From [Candidatus Thermochlorobacteriaceae] bacterium GBChlB (GTDB lineage Bacteria; Bacteroidota; Chlorobiia; Chlorobiales; Thermochlorobacteraceae), in NCBI GenBank assembly GCA_000724175.1, contig JPGV01000029.1, forward strand, positions 11,379 through 75,378: a stretch of 64,000 bases of DNA, written 5' to 3'. The number at the start of each line of letters is the position of its first letter. Within the stretch, counting starts at the first letter, position 1. A program made the position numbers and the translations under genes. Below are positions 63,781 through 64,000 of the stretch, piece after piece. The notes beneath the pieces were generated by a model. It saw nothing but the letters and a program-made list of their open reading frames with translations, was not told the origin of the DNA and ran no database searches.

Positions 63781-64000
63781 TTATTTCACCAAGAGCATTT
63801 TCATCGTGCGCGTAAAGTTACCGGATTGTAGGCGGTAAATATACATTCCGCTTGCCGCTAAGTTGTTCGCGTCGAACGTAACTTGATACTCGCCCGGCGC
63901 TTGAACTTGGTTGACGAGCGTTAAGACTTCCCGTCCAAGCAAGTCATATACTTTTAGATTCACATTGCCCGCCTCTCGAATGCTGTATTTGATGCTCGTC
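63781..64000 (-). CDS. partial CDS (N-terminus outside window): protein ending in a T9SS C-terminal sorting domain
   Basis: The reading frame stays open to the window edge. The C-terminus ..IKYSIREAGNVNLKVYDLLGREVLTLVNQVQAPGEYQVTFDANNLAASGMYIYRLQSGNFTRTMKMLLVK matches the other two T9SS tails in the window. Confidence 0.8.
   Translation of the reverse strand, partial: TSIKYSIREAGNVNLKVYDLLGREVLTLVNQVQAPGEYQVTFDANNLAASGMYIYRLQSGNFTRTMKMLLVK

Noticed and set aside
447-64000. Numerous 60-200-aa ORFs antisense to or nested in the long genes (e.g. 447-782, 3618-4196, 8044-8400, 19714-20148, 27621-28163, 30537-31136, 35629-36228, 37412-38023, 42701-43177, 51314-51889, 60003-60452)
   Set aside because: They are shadow ORFs. 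They lie entirely within confidently assigned genes on the opposite strand or in another frame. Their composition is Arg/Ser/Cys-rich and of low complexity, and no recognisable motifs are present.
1-64000. CRISPR arrays, rRNA genes, transposases/IS elements, prophage genes
   Set aside because: I saw none. No regularly spaced direct repeats, no rRNA-like segments, and no DDE transposase, integrase or phage structural motifs appeared in any ORF translation.

Overview
All calls were made by eye from the supplied ORF translations and the raw sequence. No searches or computations were run. The window looks like a chromosomal segment of an FCB-group bacterium, Ignavibacteria/Chlorobi-like. The evidence is three proteins ending in the T9SS C-terminal sorting domain '..[13 protein letters not shown]....L.(I/V)YD.LGRE...L....' and one copy of the palindromic element that translates as 'RRYAPRND'. 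Layout: (1) 1-21.2 kb is mostly housekeeping. It holds a YihY membrane protein, a WD40 protein, a yqjD/E/K-like membrane triad, a Rieske protein and a GroES-like protein. It also holds scattered NAD genes (nadA, nadB, nadE), two DedA paralogs, an ABC ATPase, a T9SS BNR/sialidase-like protein, an FAH-family hydrolase and MTHFS. It ends with a LOV-like histidine kinase, PPK1, RpiB, a CBS protein and a CAT-anticodon tRNA. (2) 21.25-49.87 kb is a roughly 28-kb, entirely minus-strand hexuronate/pectin/glucuronide utilisation locus. It encodes KdgK, Eda, UxaC, UxaA, glycerate kinase, enolase-type ManD, UxaB, GH28, ExuT, an SSF symporter, GH2, UidA, a TonB-dependent receptor, a T9SS BNR protein and an AraR-like GntR/LacI chimeric regulator. 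Four proteins with twin-arginine signals are embedded in it: two enolase-superfamily enzymes, one ADP-ribosylglycohydrolase-fold protein and one unknown. This is my best candidate for an undescribed system, a periplasmic acid-sugar processing module. (3) 50.07-51.24 kb is a stand-alone AAA+ ATPase with an MqsA/YgiT-like zinc ribbon. (4) 51.2-59.7 kb is a tight minus-strand operon that spans the cell envelope. It encodes a GbsR/MarR regulator, FabG, a KAS III-like enzyme whose catalytic His/Asn are replaced by Thr/Tyr, a Spinster-like MFS transporter, an acyl-CoA ligase, a lipocalin-like lipoprotein, an OM beta-barrel and a lipoprotein alpha/beta-hydrolase. (5) 59.7-64 kb holds envelope glycopolymer-type genes interrupted by a decayed R-M remnant (a DNA methyltransferase with an internal deletion and frameshift). 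Three apparent frame disruptions sit at or near short tandem repeats or a deletion junction (7.7 kb, 12.0 kb, 60.75 kb). They may be real or assembly errors. No CRISPR array, rRNA, transposase or integrase was seen.
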